From NCBI GenBank assembly GCA_041687695.1, contig JAWLBL010000003.1, positions 279,660 to 343,659 of the forward strand: a stretch of DNA of 64,000 nucleotides. Direction: 5' to 3'. The DNA comes from Myxococcota bacterium. Lineage in GTDB: Bacteria; Myxococcota_A; UBA9042; PHBI01; JAWLBL01. Below are positions 42,661-53,836 of this stretch, piece by piece; within the stretch, counting starts at the first letter, position 1, and each line of letters opens with the position of its first letter. Made by a program: the position numbers and the translations under genes. Below the pieces are notes generated by a model. It was given only the letters and a program-made list of their open reading frames with translations, did no database searches and was not told where the DNA came from.

Positions 42661-44343
42661 CTACTCGAAGCAGGCCGGGTCGGCGGCGTCGTGGAAGCGG
42701 ACGATGAGGCCGTGGGTGGGCGAGAAGCTGGTGCCGTTGTCGCCGCCCACGATGAGGCCCGAGTCGCAGGCGGTGTTGGGGCGCCAGTCGACCGAGTGGA
42801 GGTACTGGCTGCCCGAGTTGCCGAACCAGGGGGCCTTGTCGAAGGCGGGGATGGACTGGTCGACGAAGGCGCCCGTGTCCAGGTTGGGGAGCCAGCCGCC
42901 GCGGTACTCGACGACGCTGGCGTAGTCGACGATGGCCTTGCCGACGATGAGGGCGCGGGTGCCGTCGGGCTTCCAGCCGATGCCCTGGGGGCCCATGCCG
43001 GTGGGCAGCGGGAGCGTGGCCATGGTCCAGGCGCCGTCGAACACGTAGACCTTGTTGGACGACCAGCCCGAGACGAAGCCGAACTGGCCGTCCGGGCGCC
43101 AGGCGGCGAAGCCGGCGTTGCCGAAGCCGGGGCTCCAGTTGTTGCCGATGGGTTGCGTGGTGCCGACCAGCCAGGTCTTGGAGCCGGCGCCGTTGAGGCC
43201 TTCGGCGGTGACCACGCCGGGCGCGCCGTAGATGGCGGGATCGAGCCACATCAGATCGATGAGGCCTGCGTTGGCGACGCCCGCGACGACCGGGGCGAGG
43301 CCGGTGTCCGGGTGCCAGGGGTAGAGGTAGGTGATGTAGCCGGCGCCGGGCTTGGCCCAGGTGCCGATGATGGCCGCGCTGGTGCCGGGCTGGACGACGA
43401 CGGTGACCGGGGTGCCGTTGGTCAGGGTCTCGCGCTCGGTGAAGACCAGGGCGCCCTCGAGGTCGAGGGCGGCGCTCCAGAGGCGGCCCTTGCCGTCCTT
43501 GTGGGTGCCGACGAGGAGGAAGAGGCCGTCGGGGGTGACGTCGAGGTCGGCGAGGGTGTGTCCGGCCAGGTCGGAGAGGAGGGCGACGGCGCCCGTGGCG
43601 GCCTCGTAGCGCAGGATCTGGCCGCCCTTGCCCAGGATGAGGGCGAAGTCGCCCGAGGGGTGCCAGCGGACGCGGTGGAGGTCGTCGAGGACGAGGAGCT
43701 GGTTGACCTTGGTGTACAGGAGGACGCCGGGGTCGTAGGGGTCGGGCTCGGGGCCGGTGTCGGGTTCGGTGGCCGTGTCGGGGACCGTGGCGGTGTCCGG
43801 TTCCGTGGCCGTGTCGGTGGCCGAGTCGGGGACCGTGGCGGTGTCCGTGGCCGTGTCGGGTTCGGTGGCCGTGTCGGGGACCGTGGCGGTGTCCGGTTCC
43901 GTGGCCGTATCGGGGGCCGAGGCCGTGTCGGGCTCGGCCACGGCGTCGGCCACGGCCACGGCGTCGGGCTCGGCCACGGCGTCGGCCATGGCCACCGAGT
44001 CGGGGACCGAGGACGAGTCGGGCTCGCGGGTGTCGGGTTCGGAGGGCAGGTCGGGGGTCTTGGTGGTGTCCTGAGGGCCCGGGTCGGGGGCGACGTCGGC
44101 GGGGACGTCGGTGGTCAGCGTGTCCTCGAAGGTCAGCGGGACGCAGCGGCCGCCGTGGCAAGGGGCGCCGGGCGGGCAGGCCTGCTCTTGCTCGAAGACG
44201 GCGGCGGGCGTGCAGACCATGACGCGGTCACCGTCGCAGACGCGGGCGCCGCGGGCGCAGGGGCCGTCGGTCGTGGCCGGGTCGTCGCCGCAGGCGAGCA
44301 GGGCGGCGGCCAGGGACAGGCTCAACAGGCTTCGGGCGGACAT
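42661..44343 (-). CDS. Lipoprotein with a Cys-rich N-terminus, PDTATx linker and WD40-like beta-propeller
   Basis: Lipobox LLAC; blades WHPSGDFALI, WRPDGQFG, WKPDGTRALI and VDWRP. Confidence 0.75.
   Translation of the reverse strand: MSARSLLSLSLAAALLACGDDPATTDGPCARGARVCDGDRVMVCTPAAVFEQEQACPPGAPCHGGRCVPLTFEDTLTTDVPADVAPDPGPQDTTKTPDLPSEPDTREPDSSSVPDSVAMADAVAEPDAVAVADAVAEPDTASAPDTATEPDTATVPDTATEPDTATDTATVPDSATDTATEPDTATVPDTATEPDTGPEPDPYDPGVLLYTKVNQLLVLDDLHRVRWHPSGDFALILGKGGQILRYEAATGAVALLSDLAGHTLADLDVTPDGLFLLVGTHKDGKGRLWSAALDLEGALVFTERETLTNGTPVTVVVQPGTSAAIIGTWAKPGAGYITYLYPWHPDTGLAPVVAGVANAGLIDLMWLDPAIYGAPGVVTAEGLNGAGSKTWLVGTTQPIGNNWSPGFGNAGFAAWRPDGQFGFVSGWSSNKVYVFDGAWTMATLPLPTGMGPQGIGWKPDGTRALIVGKAIVDYASVVEYRGGWLPNLDTGAFVDQSIPAFDKAPWFGNSGSQYLHSVDWRPNTACDSGLIVGGDNGTSFSPTHGLIVRFHDAADPACFE
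43750..44010 (-). repeat. Intragenic ~18-bp tandem repeat encoding a (P)DTAT(E/V) linker
   Basis: Repeated GGCCGTGTC / GGGGACCGTGGCGGTGTCC units. Confidence 0.8.
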
Positions 44344-44409
44344 ACCGGACCTCGCGGTGGGGCGAGGCCAGTCTTTATCACGCGGGCGTCAGGGCGTCGC
44401 GCGGAGTCC

Positions 44410-45219
44410 TCACCAGCGCAGCGCTTCGGGTACGCCAGCGAAGAGATCGAGGAGGCGTCGGTGCGATTCCCATTGGCGCTGCATCTCTCGAAAGACCGAA
44501 GGGTGCTGCTTGCCGAGGAGCCCCGTCCTCTTGGCGGCGAGGGCCTGCGGGGAGGCGCCGTTATCCCGTGCGTCCCGGTAGGCGACGAGAGCGTTGCAAT
44601 AGTCCTCGAAGGCTTCGCGTCTCGCGCGAGGGAGAACGTCTCGGGTGTTCAGGCGTAGGACGTCGATCGTGTATTTCGCCCGAGCATGCTGGCGCGTTCC
44701 GGGCACCGCCAACGGAACGAAGCGGAACGTTCCCTGCAGATCGAGGATCATGAACTCCATCGGGTCATCGCGTCTGGGATCGATCAGGACCTCGTCACCA
44801 GCGAGGGGAGGGACCACGGGGTCGTCGCGGCGCCGAGAGACCTCGACCGGGTCGACCCGGCCCTCGGGAAAGACGGCGAACTGGTTGCTCTTGGGACCGT
44901 TGCAGGGGCCGCAGGCGTAGAGATAGTTCGTCCACGCGAAGACGGCCTCTGGATACAGGTCCTTGGGCCGGATGTGTTCCACCTCGTCGGCCATGCTGTC
45001 TTCGCAGTAGCCGCAGCGACGGGCCCCGGCGCACATGCGATCGAGCGTGGCCTTCACGTCTCGAAAGGCCGCATTCCGCGAAGTGTTCTTGCTCTTGAAC
45101 TCAGCTTTGGCCGAGGCCACGCGCGCCGGGTAGGCGCCGGCGGCATCGACCGTGGTCTGGTATGCGCTCAGCGACTGCAGGGTCGTGGCGTTCGGCGAGA
45201 GATTGAGGAGGCGGATCAT
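44410..45219 (-). CDS. HNH endonuclease (PtuB/TIGR02646-like)
   Basis: RCGYCE, EVEHIRPK and YPEAVFAWTNYLYACGPCNGPK. ATGA overlap with the ATPase. Confidence 0.85.
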   Translation of the reverse strand: MIRLLNLSPNATTLQSLSAYQTTVDAAGAYPARVASAKAEFKSKNTSRNAAFRDVKATLDRMCAGARRCGYCEDSMADEVEHIRPKDLYPEAVFAWTNYLYACGPCNGPKSNQFAVFPEGRVDPVEVSRRRDDPVVPPLAGDEVLIDPRRDDPMEFMILDLQGTFRFVPLAVPGTRQHARAKYTIDVLRLNTRDVLPRARREAFEDYCNALVAYRDARDNGASPQALAAKRTGLLGKQHPSVFREMQRQWESHRRLLDLFAGVPEALRW

Positions 45220-46487
45220 TCCTTGGCTGCGTCCGTCGGCAACATGCGCTTGAGCGCCTCGCGTCGCTCCTCCTCGTCGGGTCGGAGTGAGCTCGATAGC
45301 GCGCGGGCATTGAGCCCCGCCAGCTCGTCGAGGAGCTCGTTGGCTTGGTCGGAGCGCGTCACCCCAGGGCCGAAGACGCCCGTGCCGTAGGCGTCGAGGA
45401 CGTTGCCATACAGGAGGCGCTGCAGCGCCAGGCCCGTCACCATCTCACCCTGGTCCTCGCTGGCGGACGCACCCGGCCGCGGGAGTCGGAACACCGTCCC
45501 GTGCTCGGCCGCGTGACACACGAGCGGGCTGTGGGTCGACACGATGAACTGGACGTTGGGGAAGTGGCGGCGGAACCAGAAGCCGATGGTGCGCTGCCAC
45601 GTCGGGTGCAAGTGGGCGTCGATCTCGTCGATGAGCACCACACCCGATCGGAGCACCCGCTCGGCATCGTCCGAGAACAGGCCGGTCGGTCCGAAGGTCA
45701 GGGCCATCTGTCGAATGAGTTCGAAGGTCATGCTCAAGATGGAGCGGTAGCCATCGGACAACGCCTCGACGGGGAGGGGGATCCCATCGGCGTCTTCGAA
45801 CTCGACCCCCTTGGACGAGATCTCGACCAGCTTCACGCCATGGGGGAGAAACTCTGGCTGGTTGATGAAAGCTCGGAATGGCTCCAGCAGGTCACCGATC
45901 GGATCGTTCTCTAGGGCCTTGAACTTGAGCTCCTTGAGCCAGGCCAGCGCCTCGGTCAAGGCGACCGACTCGCCGAACACGGACAGGTGACGGGCCAACT
46001 TCGGCTGGCTGTAGAACAGCTTCTCGAAGTCCTTGTCGCCACCGGTGAAGCGCCGAAAGGGTCCGTACGACGCGCAGAACCAGCCGCTGCCATTGCCCCA
46101 GACGTGGCGGTCGGGGCTGCCGATGTCCGCGGAGGCGGCGAGCTGGACGCCGCCCTGGCGCTCGAAGGTGACACCCGTCTGCAGCGCCGAGGCGCGGGGT
46201 GTCGTGCCTGAACCGCTGAAGCCGTCATCGGTCTCGGTGCGCTGGAGCCCGACGCGAATCTCCCCCCGTTCCGTGCCGGCCCGCAGCCACTCCGCCCAGC
46301 TCTGACGAAGCCCCAGCGCGTCGCGCGGACCGATGAGGGCCAGGGCGATGCTCCTGAGGAAGGTGCTCTTGCCGGCTCCGTTGTCCCCGAGGATGACGTG
46401 CCAGCCCGGGCCTGCATCGGCTCCCGGCGTCCAGGTCAGCTCGGGGATCGAGCGTACGTTCCGAAGCGTGGCACGTGTCAGGAACAT
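45216..46487 (-). CDS. ABC-type (AAA_21) ATPase, PtuA-like
   Basis: Walker A GDNGAGKST, signature LSDGYRS, Walker B VLIDEIDAHLHPTWQ, H-loop STHSP. Confidence 0.88.
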   Translation of the reverse strand: MFLTRATLRNVRSIPELTWTPGADAGPGWHVILGDNGAGKSTFLRSIALALIGPRDALGLRQSWAEWLRAGTERGEIRVGLQRTETDDGFSGSGTTPRASALQTGVTFERQGGVQLAASADIGSPDRHVWGNGSGWFCASYGPFRRFTGGDKDFEKLFYSQPKLARHLSVFGESVALTEALAWLKELKFKALENDPIGDLLEPFRAFINQPEFLPHGVKLVEISSKGVEFEDADGIPLPVEALSDGYRSILSMTFELIRQMALTFGPTGLFSDDAERVLRSGVVLIDEIDAHLHPTWQRTIGFWFRRHFPNVQFIVSTHSPLVCHAAEHGTVFRLPRPGASASEDQGEMVTGLALQRLLYGNVLDAYGTGVFGPGVTRSDQANELLDELAGLNARALSSSLRPDEEERREALKRMLPTDAAKE

Positions 46488-46524
46488 GGGAGCGTCTCGG
46501 GGCTGAGGTGCGTCAGGTGAAGCG

Positions 46525-47211
46525 TCAGGGCGTCGCGCTGAGCTTGCCGACGTGGCGGATGTCCTTGCCCTGGACCATGTAGACGACCTGCTCGGCCAGG
46601 TTGGTCGCGTGGTCGCCGATGCGCTCGAGGAACTTGGCGACCGACTGGATGTGGATGGCGCGCTCGATGGCCGTGGGGTCGCGCAGCATCAGGGCGAGGA
46701 GATCGCGGAAGACGACGCGGTACAGCTCGTCGACCGGGTCGTCGCGCTCGATGACCTGGCGGGCCTTGACGGGGTCGGAGGCCACGAAGGCGTCGATGGC
46801 GTCGCGCACCATGGACTGCGCCAGCTCGGCCATCCGGGGGATGTCCTCGTAGGGCTTGAGCTGCGGCTCGGCGTTCAGGTCGACGGCGCGCTCGCAGATG
46901 TTCACGGCGAGGTCGCCGATGCGCTCGAGGTCCGTCACCATCTTCAGGGCGAGCGTGATGAAGCGGAGGTCCGAGCCCATCGGCTGGCGCTTGGCGAGGA
47001 TGAGCAGGCACAGCTCGTCGGTCTCGACCTCGCTGGTGTTGACCTCGCGGTCGGCCTGGATGGTGGCCCGGGCGAGCTCGCTGTCGCGCTCGACCAGCGC
47101 CCGCACGGCGTTGCGGATCATCTCCTCGACGCGGGCGGCCATCATCAGGATGCGCTCGCGCAGGAGGTGGAGCTCGCTCTCGAACTCGCGATCGGTGTGT
47201 CGTTTCGTCAT
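46525..47211 (-). CDS. phoU: Phosphate signalling protein PhoU
   Basis: QPMGSDLR, DLERIGDLAVNI and LERIGDHATNLAE. Confidence 0.95.
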   Translation of the reverse strand: MTKRHTDREFESELHLLRERILMMAARVEEMIRNAVRALVERDSELARATIQADREVNTSEVETDELCLLILAKRQPMGSDLRFITLALKMVTDLERIGDLAVNICERAVDLNAEPQLKPYEDIPRMAELAQSMVRDAIDAFVASDPVKARQVIERDDPVDELYRVVFRDLLALMLRDPTAIERAIHIQSVAKFLERIGDHATNLAEQVVYMVQGKDIRHVGKLSATP

Positions 47212-47232
47212 GCGCCCCTCGTGGCACCGAAT

Positions 47233-47248
47233 GTTACCGCGAGATGAA
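47233..47248 (-). promoter_or_regulatory. Degenerate Pho box upstream of phoU (TTCAT-N6-GTAAC)
   Basis: Two GTCAC-like pentamers 11 bp apart. Confidence 0.4.
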
Positions 47249-47302
47249 GCCGTGGTCTCGATTTCGAGCGCCCGGAGGCGCGCCGTGCGGCCGGAGCGCG
47301 CG

Positions 47303-48082
47303 TCACCCGAACTTGCCGGTGATGTACTCCTCGGTGCGCGAGTCGCTCGGGCCCGTGAAGATCTGGTCGGTCGTGCCGTACTCGATGAGGTCGCCCATCA
47401 GGAAGAAGGCCGTCCGGTCCGACACACGCGCCGCCTGCTGCATCGAGTGGGTCACGATGACGATGGTGACCTGCTCGCGCAGGACGTGGATGAGGTCCTC
47501 GATGCGCGCGGTGGCGATGGGGTCGAGGGCCGAGCAGGGCTCGTCCATCAGCAGCACCTGCGGCTCGACCGCCAGCGAGCGCGCGATGCACAAGCGTTGC
47601 TGCTGGCCGCCCGACAGGCTGCCGCCCGGCGCGTCGAGGCGGTCCTTCACCTCGTCCCACAGGGCCGCGCGGGTCAGCGCCCGCTCGCACACGTCGGCGG
47701 ACGTCGCCTTGTCGAGGGTGCGCGTGAGCTTGAGCCCGCTGAGGACGTTGTCGCGGATGGACATGGTCGGGAAGGGGTTCGGCTTCTGGAAGACCATGCC
47801 CACGCGGCGGCGCAGCAGCACCGGGTCGACGTGCTTGCCGTAGATGTCCTCGCCGTCGAGGGTCACGCGGCCGGTGACGCGCGCCGTCGCGATGAGCTCG
47901 TGCATGCGGTTGAGCGTGCGGATGAACGTCGACTTGCCGCAGCCCGAGGGGCCGATGATGGCGGTGACGCGGCGAGCGGGGATGTCGAGGGAGATGCCCT
48001 TCAAGACCTGGTGGGTCCCGAACCAGGCCTGAAGATCGGTGACGCTGATCTTGCTGACGGTCGGCGTGTCGCGGTGGGGCAA
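47303..48082 (-). CDS. pstB: Phosphate ABC transporter ATPase
   Basis: TTG start with [38 protein letters not shown] and YITGKFG. Confidence 0.95.
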   Translation of the reverse strand: MPHRDTPTVSKISVTDLQAWFGTHQVLKGISLDIPARRVTAIIGPSGCGKSTFIRTLNRMHELIATARVTGRVTLDGEDIYGKHVDPVLLRRRVGMVFQKPNPFPTMSIRDNVLSGLKLTRTLDKATSADVCERALTRAALWDEVKDRLDAPGGSLSGGQQQRLCIARSLAVEPQVLLMDEPCSALDPIATARIEDLIHVLREQVTIVIVTHSMQQAARVSDRTAFFLMGDLIEYGTTDQIFTGPSDSRTEEYITGKFG

Positions 48083-48093
48083 CGCGGGGCCTC

Positions 48094-48954
48094 CTAGACG
48101 TGGATGCGGCGCTGCAGCCGGTTTCGAAGGAAGACCGCGAGGCCGTTGAGGATGAGCAACGTCGTGAGCAGGACGACGATGCCCGCGGCGGCGGCGGTGG
48201 TGAAGCCGGCCTGGGGGCGCGAGACCCAGTTGAAGATCTGGATGGGCAGCGCGGTGAAGGGCTCGAGCGGGCCCTCGGGGAGGAAGGCCATGTAGGTGAG
48301 GGCGCCGATGACGATGAGCGGGGCCGTCTCGCCGATGGCGCGGGAGATGGCGAGGATGGAGCCGGTCATGATGCCCGGGGCGGCCATCGGCAGCACGACG
48401 TGGCGGATGGTCTGCCAGCGGGTGGCGCCCAGGGCGTAGCTGCCCTCGCGCAGGAGCCCCGGGACCGTGCGCAGGGCCTCGCGGGTGGCGGTGATGATGA
48501 CCGGCAGGATGAGCAGGGCCAGGGTCAGCGCGCCGGCGAGCAGGCTGCGGCCGAGGCCGAGGGTGCGGACGAAGACGGCGAGGCCGAGCAGGCCGTAGAT
48601 GATGGACGGGACGCCGGCGAGGTTGGCGATGTTGAGCTCGACGAGGCGGCTGAAGCGGCCGCGGCCGCCGTACTCCTCGAGGTAGACGGCGGCGCCGACG
48701 CCGAGGGGGACGGCGAACAGGGCGGTGAGGCCGATGAGGTAGACGCTGCCGACCAGGGCCGGGAAGACGCCGGCGGACGAGGCGCGGCGCGACGGGAAGC
48801 TGGTCAGGAAGTCGGGCCCGAGGCGCGGCAGGGCGTCGATGACGACGTCCGCGACCAGCCAGACCAGGGTGGCGAGCGGGAGCAGGATGGCGGCGAGGCA
48901 CAGGCCGACGAACAGGCGCTCGGCGCGGCGCTCCCAGCGGCGGGTGGCTTGCAT
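48094..48954 (-). CDS. pstA: Phosphate ABC transporter permease
   Basis: [30 protein letters not shown] and RAIGETAPL. Confidence 0.93.
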   Translation of the reverse strand: MQATRRWERRAERLFVGLCLAAILLPLATLVWLVADVVIDALPRLGPDFLTSFPSRRASSAGVFPALVGSVYLIGLTALFAVPLGVGAAVYLEEYGGRGRFSRLVELNIANLAGVPSIIYGLLGLAVFVRTLGLGRSLLAGALTLALLILPVIITATREALRTVPGLLREGSYALGATRWQTIRHVVLPMAAPGIMTGSILAISRAIGETAPLIVIGALTYMAFLPEGPLEPFTALPIQIFNWVSRPQAGFTTAAAAGIVVLLTTLLILNGLAVFLRNRLQRRIHV

Positions 48955-48956
48955 GG

Positions 48957-49919
48957 TCAGGCCTCGCGGCGCCGCCCGATGAGGCGGATGCTGATGGCGT
49001 TGAGGGCCAGGGTCATGACGAACAGGGCGGCGGCGACCGCGAAGATGGTGCGGTACTCGAGGGTGCCGGCGGGGGTGTCGCCCATGGAGACCTGGACGAT
49101 GTAGGCGGTCATGGTCTCGATGGGGACGCGCGGGTCGAGGGTGAGGTTGGGCTGCTGGCCGGCGGCGATGGCGACGATCATCGTCTCGCCGATGGCGCGG
49201 CCGATGGCGAGGGTGAGCGCCGCGGTGATGCCGGAGCGGGCGGCCGGGACGACGACGCGGAAGATGGTCGGCAGGCGGCCGGCGCCCAGGGCGTAGGCGC
49301 CCTCGCGCAGGCTCTGCGGGACGGCGTAGAGGGCGTCCTCGCTGAGGCTGGAGATCATGGGGATGATCATGATGCCCATGACGATGCCCGGGCTGAGGGC
49401 GTTGAAGCTGGCGAGATCCGGGACGACGGTCTGCAGCATGGGCGTGACGACGATCAGGGCGAAGTAGCCGTAGACGACGGTCGGGATGCCCGCCAGGACC
49501 TCGAGCATGGGCTTCAAGACGCGGCGGACGCGCGCCGGGGCGAACTCGCTCATGTAGATGGCGGCGAGCAGGCCGAAGGGCAGGGCGACGGCGATGGCGA
49601 TGGCGCTGGTGAGCAGGGTGGCGCCCAGCAGCGGCCAGATGCCGAAGTGCTTGTCGGCGAAGAGCGGCGTCCACTGGGTGTCGCCCAGGAAGTCGGTCAG
49701 CGGCACCTCGTCGAAGAAGCGCCAGGTCTCGACGGCGAGGACGCCGAGGATGCCGGCCGTGGTCAGCAGCGTCAGGGCGCCGCTGCCGGCCAGGGCCCAC
49801 TCGATGACGCGCTCGCGCAGCGGAGCCGAGCGCGCGGGGCGCGGCGCCGGGGTGGGGGCGGCGTCGTCGTCGGGGGCGGCGGCCACGTGGGGGAGCTCCT
49901 CCGAGGCGTGGATGTCCAT
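48957..49919 (-). CDS. pstC: Phosphate ABC transporter permease
   Basis: [21 protein letters not shown] and RAIGETMIV. Confidence 0.93.
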   Translation of the reverse strand: MDIHASEELPHVAAAPDDDAAPTPAPRPARSAPLRERVIEWALAGSGALTLLTTAGILGVLAVETWRFFDEVPLTDFLGDTQWTPLFADKHFGIWPLLGATLLTSAIAIAVALPFGLLAAIYMSEFAPARVRRVLKPMLEVLAGIPTVVYGYFALIVVTPMLQTVVPDLASFNALSPGIVMGIMIIPMISSLSEDALYAVPQSLREGAYALGAGRLPTIFRVVVPAARSGITAALTLAIGRAIGETMIVAIAAGQQPNLTLDPRVPIETMTAYIVQVSMGDTPAGTLEYRTIFAVAAALFVMTLALNAISIRLIGRRREA

Positions 49920-49934
49920 GGTTGAGATCGCCTG

Positions 49935-50936
<1,002 letters not shown>

Positions 50937-50996
50937 GTGAGCCTCTGTGGAAGGCCCCCGAGGGGGCGAGCGTCGCGCGGACCCTAGGTCCGTCGT

Positions 50997-51012
50997 GTGA
51001 CGCGAAGGTGAC
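50997..51012 (-). promoter_or_regulatory. Putative Pho box upstream of pstS
   Basis: Minus strand CTGTCAC-CTTC-GCGTCAC (11-bp period), followed 10 nt later by a -10-like TAGGGT. Confidence 0.7.
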
Positions 51013-51053
51013 AGCCAAGCCACATCACCGGGGCGGCCGGCAGGAAGGACACG

Positions 51054-52220
51054 TCAGAAGGACACTTGGAGCTGGCTGCGCACGATGAAGTCGGTGCGAT
51101 CGGTGACGGCGTCGCCGTCGAGGTCGTGGTAGGCCGCGAGCCCGCCGTCGGTCTGCAGCTTCAGCGCGTGCTCGCGCCAGTACACGCTCATCCCGACCAC
51201 GGCCTCGTGGTCCCAGTCCTCGCCGTCCTGGCGCTCGACGTAGGCGTAGCGCACGGCCGGCTGGTAGCGGTCGGCGAAGACGTAACCCGCCTGCGCGTGG
51301 AACCCCCAGGCGTCCAGGGCCCGCTGACCGAACTCCTCGCCCTCCTGGCGGCTGGTCACGTACAGGCCGCCCGTGGTCGAAAAGCCCGACGCCTTGAGGA
51401 TCCAGTCGAGCTGGCCCGAGACGGCGCCGCGGTCGTCGTCGTCCGCGTCGAGCATCGCGAGGCCGCTGACCGCGACGGCGTAGCGCAGCGGCCCGCCCTC
51501 GAGGTCGGCCTCGGAGTAGCCCTTGATGCCGCCGTGGTTGAAGCCCAGGCGCGCGACCAGGGCCGGCTCCATCAGGCGCGGTGTGTTCGAGAACGACGGC
51601 TTGACGATCTCGCCCGTGCCCTCGTCGGGGTCGACGACGACGTCCGCGGTCAGGCGAGCGCCGTCGGGCTTCATGCCGTTGAAGACGCCGAACGCCCACT
51701 CGAAGGTGGGCGAGCGCTCGTAGCCGTTGTGGAGCATCAGGCCGATGTCGCGGCCGGTCGGGAAGAGCTTGTCGGTGATGGAGCGCTCGACCAGGGCCAG
51801 GCGCGAGCTGGAGATGATCTGCTGGCGCGAGAAGGGGCGCTTGTACTGGCCGACGCGGAGCCGGACGTCCGGCTCGAAGGCGTACTCGACGAAGCCGTCC
51901 TTGAGCGTGAAGAAGCCGCGGGCGACGTCGAGCTCGAACTCGTAGGTGAGGTCCTTGCCGAAGGCGTTGCCCGCTAGCGTCAGGCGACCGCGGGTCAGGG
52001 AGAACTGCGAGGCGGTCGAGGTCTCGTCGCCGCCCTCGTCCTCGATGCCGAGGGTCCAGCGCAGTTCGAAGCGCGGCTGGATGCGGAGGGAGAAGTCGCC
52101 GGCCGCGTCGCGGATGAAGAAGCCGCGATCGTAGCCGGCGGTCTGGGCGGCGGCGGGGGCGGCGGACAGGGGCAGCGTGAGCAGGGCCGCGGCGAGGGGG
52201 AGGAGTGTGAGCGCGCGCAT
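51054..52220 (-). CDS. Phosphate-selective porin (OprO/OprP family)
   Basis: Signal peptide, GQYKRPFS, VERSI, GRDIGL, C-terminal Phe; lies inside the pst/pho cluster. Confidence 0.8.
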   Translation of the reverse strand: MRALTLLPLAAALLTLPLSAAPAAAQTAGYDRGFFIRDAAGDFSLRIQPRFELRWTLGIEDEGGDETSTASQFSLTRGRLTLAGNAFGKDLTYEFELDVARGFFTLKDGFVEYAFEPDVRLRVGQYKRPFSRQQIISSSRLALVERSITDKLFPTGRDIGLMLHNGYERSPTFEWAFGVFNGMKPDGARLTADVVVDPDEGTGEIVKPSFSNTPRLMEPALVARLGFNHGGIKGYSEADLEGGPLRYAVAVSGLAMLDADDDDRGAVSGQLDWILKASGFSTTGGLYVTSRQEGEEFGQRALDAWGFHAQAGYVFADRYQPAVRYAYVERQDGEDWDHEAVVGMSVYWREHALKLQTDGGLAAYHDLDGDAVTDRTDFIVRSQLQVSF

Positions 52221-52295
52221 GGGCCTCGTCCTGGGAGGGGGGGGACGCGCGGGGGGCGCGTCGTCCGGTGACGAGCGGCGTTGTAGGCGGGCTTT

Positions 52296-52381
52296 GTGAC
52301 GGGGCGGTGACGCCGGTGAAGCGGCTATGAAAAAGGTGGCGAGAGGGCGGCGTCGGTGACGGGGGCGTGAAGGTCGGTGAC
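52296..52381 (-). promoter_or_regulatory. Cluster of Pho-box pentamers upstream of the porin gene, overlapping the phoR 3' end
   Basis: Seven (G/T)TCA(C/T) pentamers at + strand positions 52296, 52307, 52316, 52327, 52356, 52367 and 52377; three pairs are exactly 11 bp apart. Confidence 0.65.
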
Positions 52382-53836
52382 GGGCGCGGAGGGCAGGGCG
52401 ACCCAGAAGCGCGAGCCGTGGGGGGTGACCGCCTCGACGCCGACCTCGCCGTCCATGGCCTCGGCGAGGTGCTTGACGATGGCGAGCCCGAGGCCGGTGC
52501 CGCCTGTCTCGTGGGACGCGCCGCCGGCGCGCGCGCGGCCGTCGTCGACGCGGTAGAAGCGCTCGAAGATGCGGGGGCGGTGGCGCGGGTCGAGGCCCGG
52601 GCCGTCGTCGACGACGTCGATGCGGACGAGGGGGGCGGCGTCCGGCGCGTCGGCGGGGGCGGCGCGGTGGGCGGCGATGACGACGTGGCCGCCGGCGGGG
52701 GTGTACTTGAGGGCGTTGGCGACGAGGTTGGTCAGGATCTGATCGAGGGCCTGCGGGTCGGCCATGGCCCGCAGGTCGGCCGGGACGTCGATGGCGACCT
52801 GGATGTGCTTGTCCTCGGCCAGGCTGCCCAGGGCGGAGGCGGTGCGCAGGGCGGCGCGGCGGAGATCGATGGCGACCGGGGCGATGGCGTACTTGCCGGC
52901 CTCGAGGCGGGAGATGTCGAGCAGGCCGCCGATGAGGCGGGTCAGGCGCTCGGCGTTGCGGTGGATGCCGTCGACGAAGCGGCGGGCGGAGCCGGGGTCG
53001 TCCAGGGCGCCGTCGAGCAGGGTCTCGGCGTTGGCGCGGACGATGCTGACGGGGGTGCGCAGCTCGTGGGAGACGTTGGCGACGAAGTCGCGGCGGATGC
53101 GCTCGAGGCGGCGGATCTCGGTGACGTCGTACAGGACCAGGATGCAGCCGCGGCCCGACGACAGGGGCGCGGCGTGGGCCAGGACGCGGCGCGGCGCGGG
53201 GCGGCCGGGGAGGTCGAGCTCGGCCGAGGCGGTCTGGCCGTCGAGCGCGCGATCGGCGAGCTGTTGCAGGCCCGGGACGCGCGCGAGCTCGAGCAGGGTG
53301 CGGCCGACGGCCTCGCCGCGCAGGCGCAGCCAGTCGACGGCGGTGCGGTTGACGAGCGTGGCCTGGCAGCCGGCGTCCAGCGCGATGACGGCCTCGCGCA
53401 TGCTCTCGAGCACGGCCTGGAAGCGGTCGCGCTCGGCGGCCAGGGTCGAGACGACCCCCTCGAGGGCGTCGGCCAGGCGGTTGAACGAGCCGGCGAGGCC
53501 GCCCAGCTCGTCGCCCGTGTGGACCGACAGGCGCCCGGCGCGCTCGCCGGCCGCCACGGCGCGGGCCTTGTCGACGAGATCGCGCACGGTGCGGGCCATC
53601 AGGTGGGCCGCGAGCCCGCTCATGAAGAGCGCCAGCAGGACGCCGATGCCGGCGCCGACGAAGATCGCGACGCGCAGCGGGCCCATGGCGGCCTCGACGT
53701 CGCCGGTGCGGCCGGCGGCGCGCACGATGTCGCGCAGCTCGGTCTCGAGGTAGACCGCCGTCGCGAGGGCCGCGACGACGACGAGGGCGACCGAGACGGC
53801 GAAGAGCTTGCCGCGGATGCCGAGGCGGACGTTCAG
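52325..53836 (-). CDS. phoR: Phosphate regulon sensor histidine kinase (2 TM, HAMP, PAS, HisKA, HATPase)
   Basis: RRDFVANVSHELRTP, NLVANALKY, RIFERFYRVD and GTGLGLAIVKH. The frame extends upstream through TM1 to a CTG overlapping the phoB stop. Confidence 0.88.
   Translation of the reverse strand: MNVRLGIRGKLFAVSVALVVVAALATAVYLETELRDIVRAAGRTGDVEAAMGPLRVAIFVGAGIGVLLALFMSGLAAHLMARTVRDLVDKARAVAAGERAGRLSVHTGDELGGLAGSFNRLADALEGVVSTLAAERDRFQAVLESMREAVIALDAGCQATLVNRTAVDWLRLRGEAVGRTLLELARVPGLQQLADRALDGQTASAELDLPGRPAPRRVLAHAAPLSSGRGCILVLYDVTEIRRLERIRRDFVANVSHELRTPVSIVRANAETLLDGALDDPGSARRFVDGIHRNAERLTRLIGGLLDISRLEAGKYAIAPVAIDLRRAALRTASALGSLAEDKHIQVAIDVPADLRAMADPQALDQILTNLVANALKYTPAGGHVVIAAHRAAPADAPDAAPLVRIDVVDDGPGLDPRHRPRIFERFYRVDDGRARAGGASHETGGTGLGLAIVKHLAEAMDGEVGVEAVTPHGSRFWVALPSAPVTDLHAPVTDAALSPPFS

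Noticed and set aside
44344..46524. Retron (Ec78-type) associated with the PtuAB-like pair
   Set aside because: There is no reverse transcriptase in the window, and the flanking gaps (37 and 66 nt) are too short for msr-msd.
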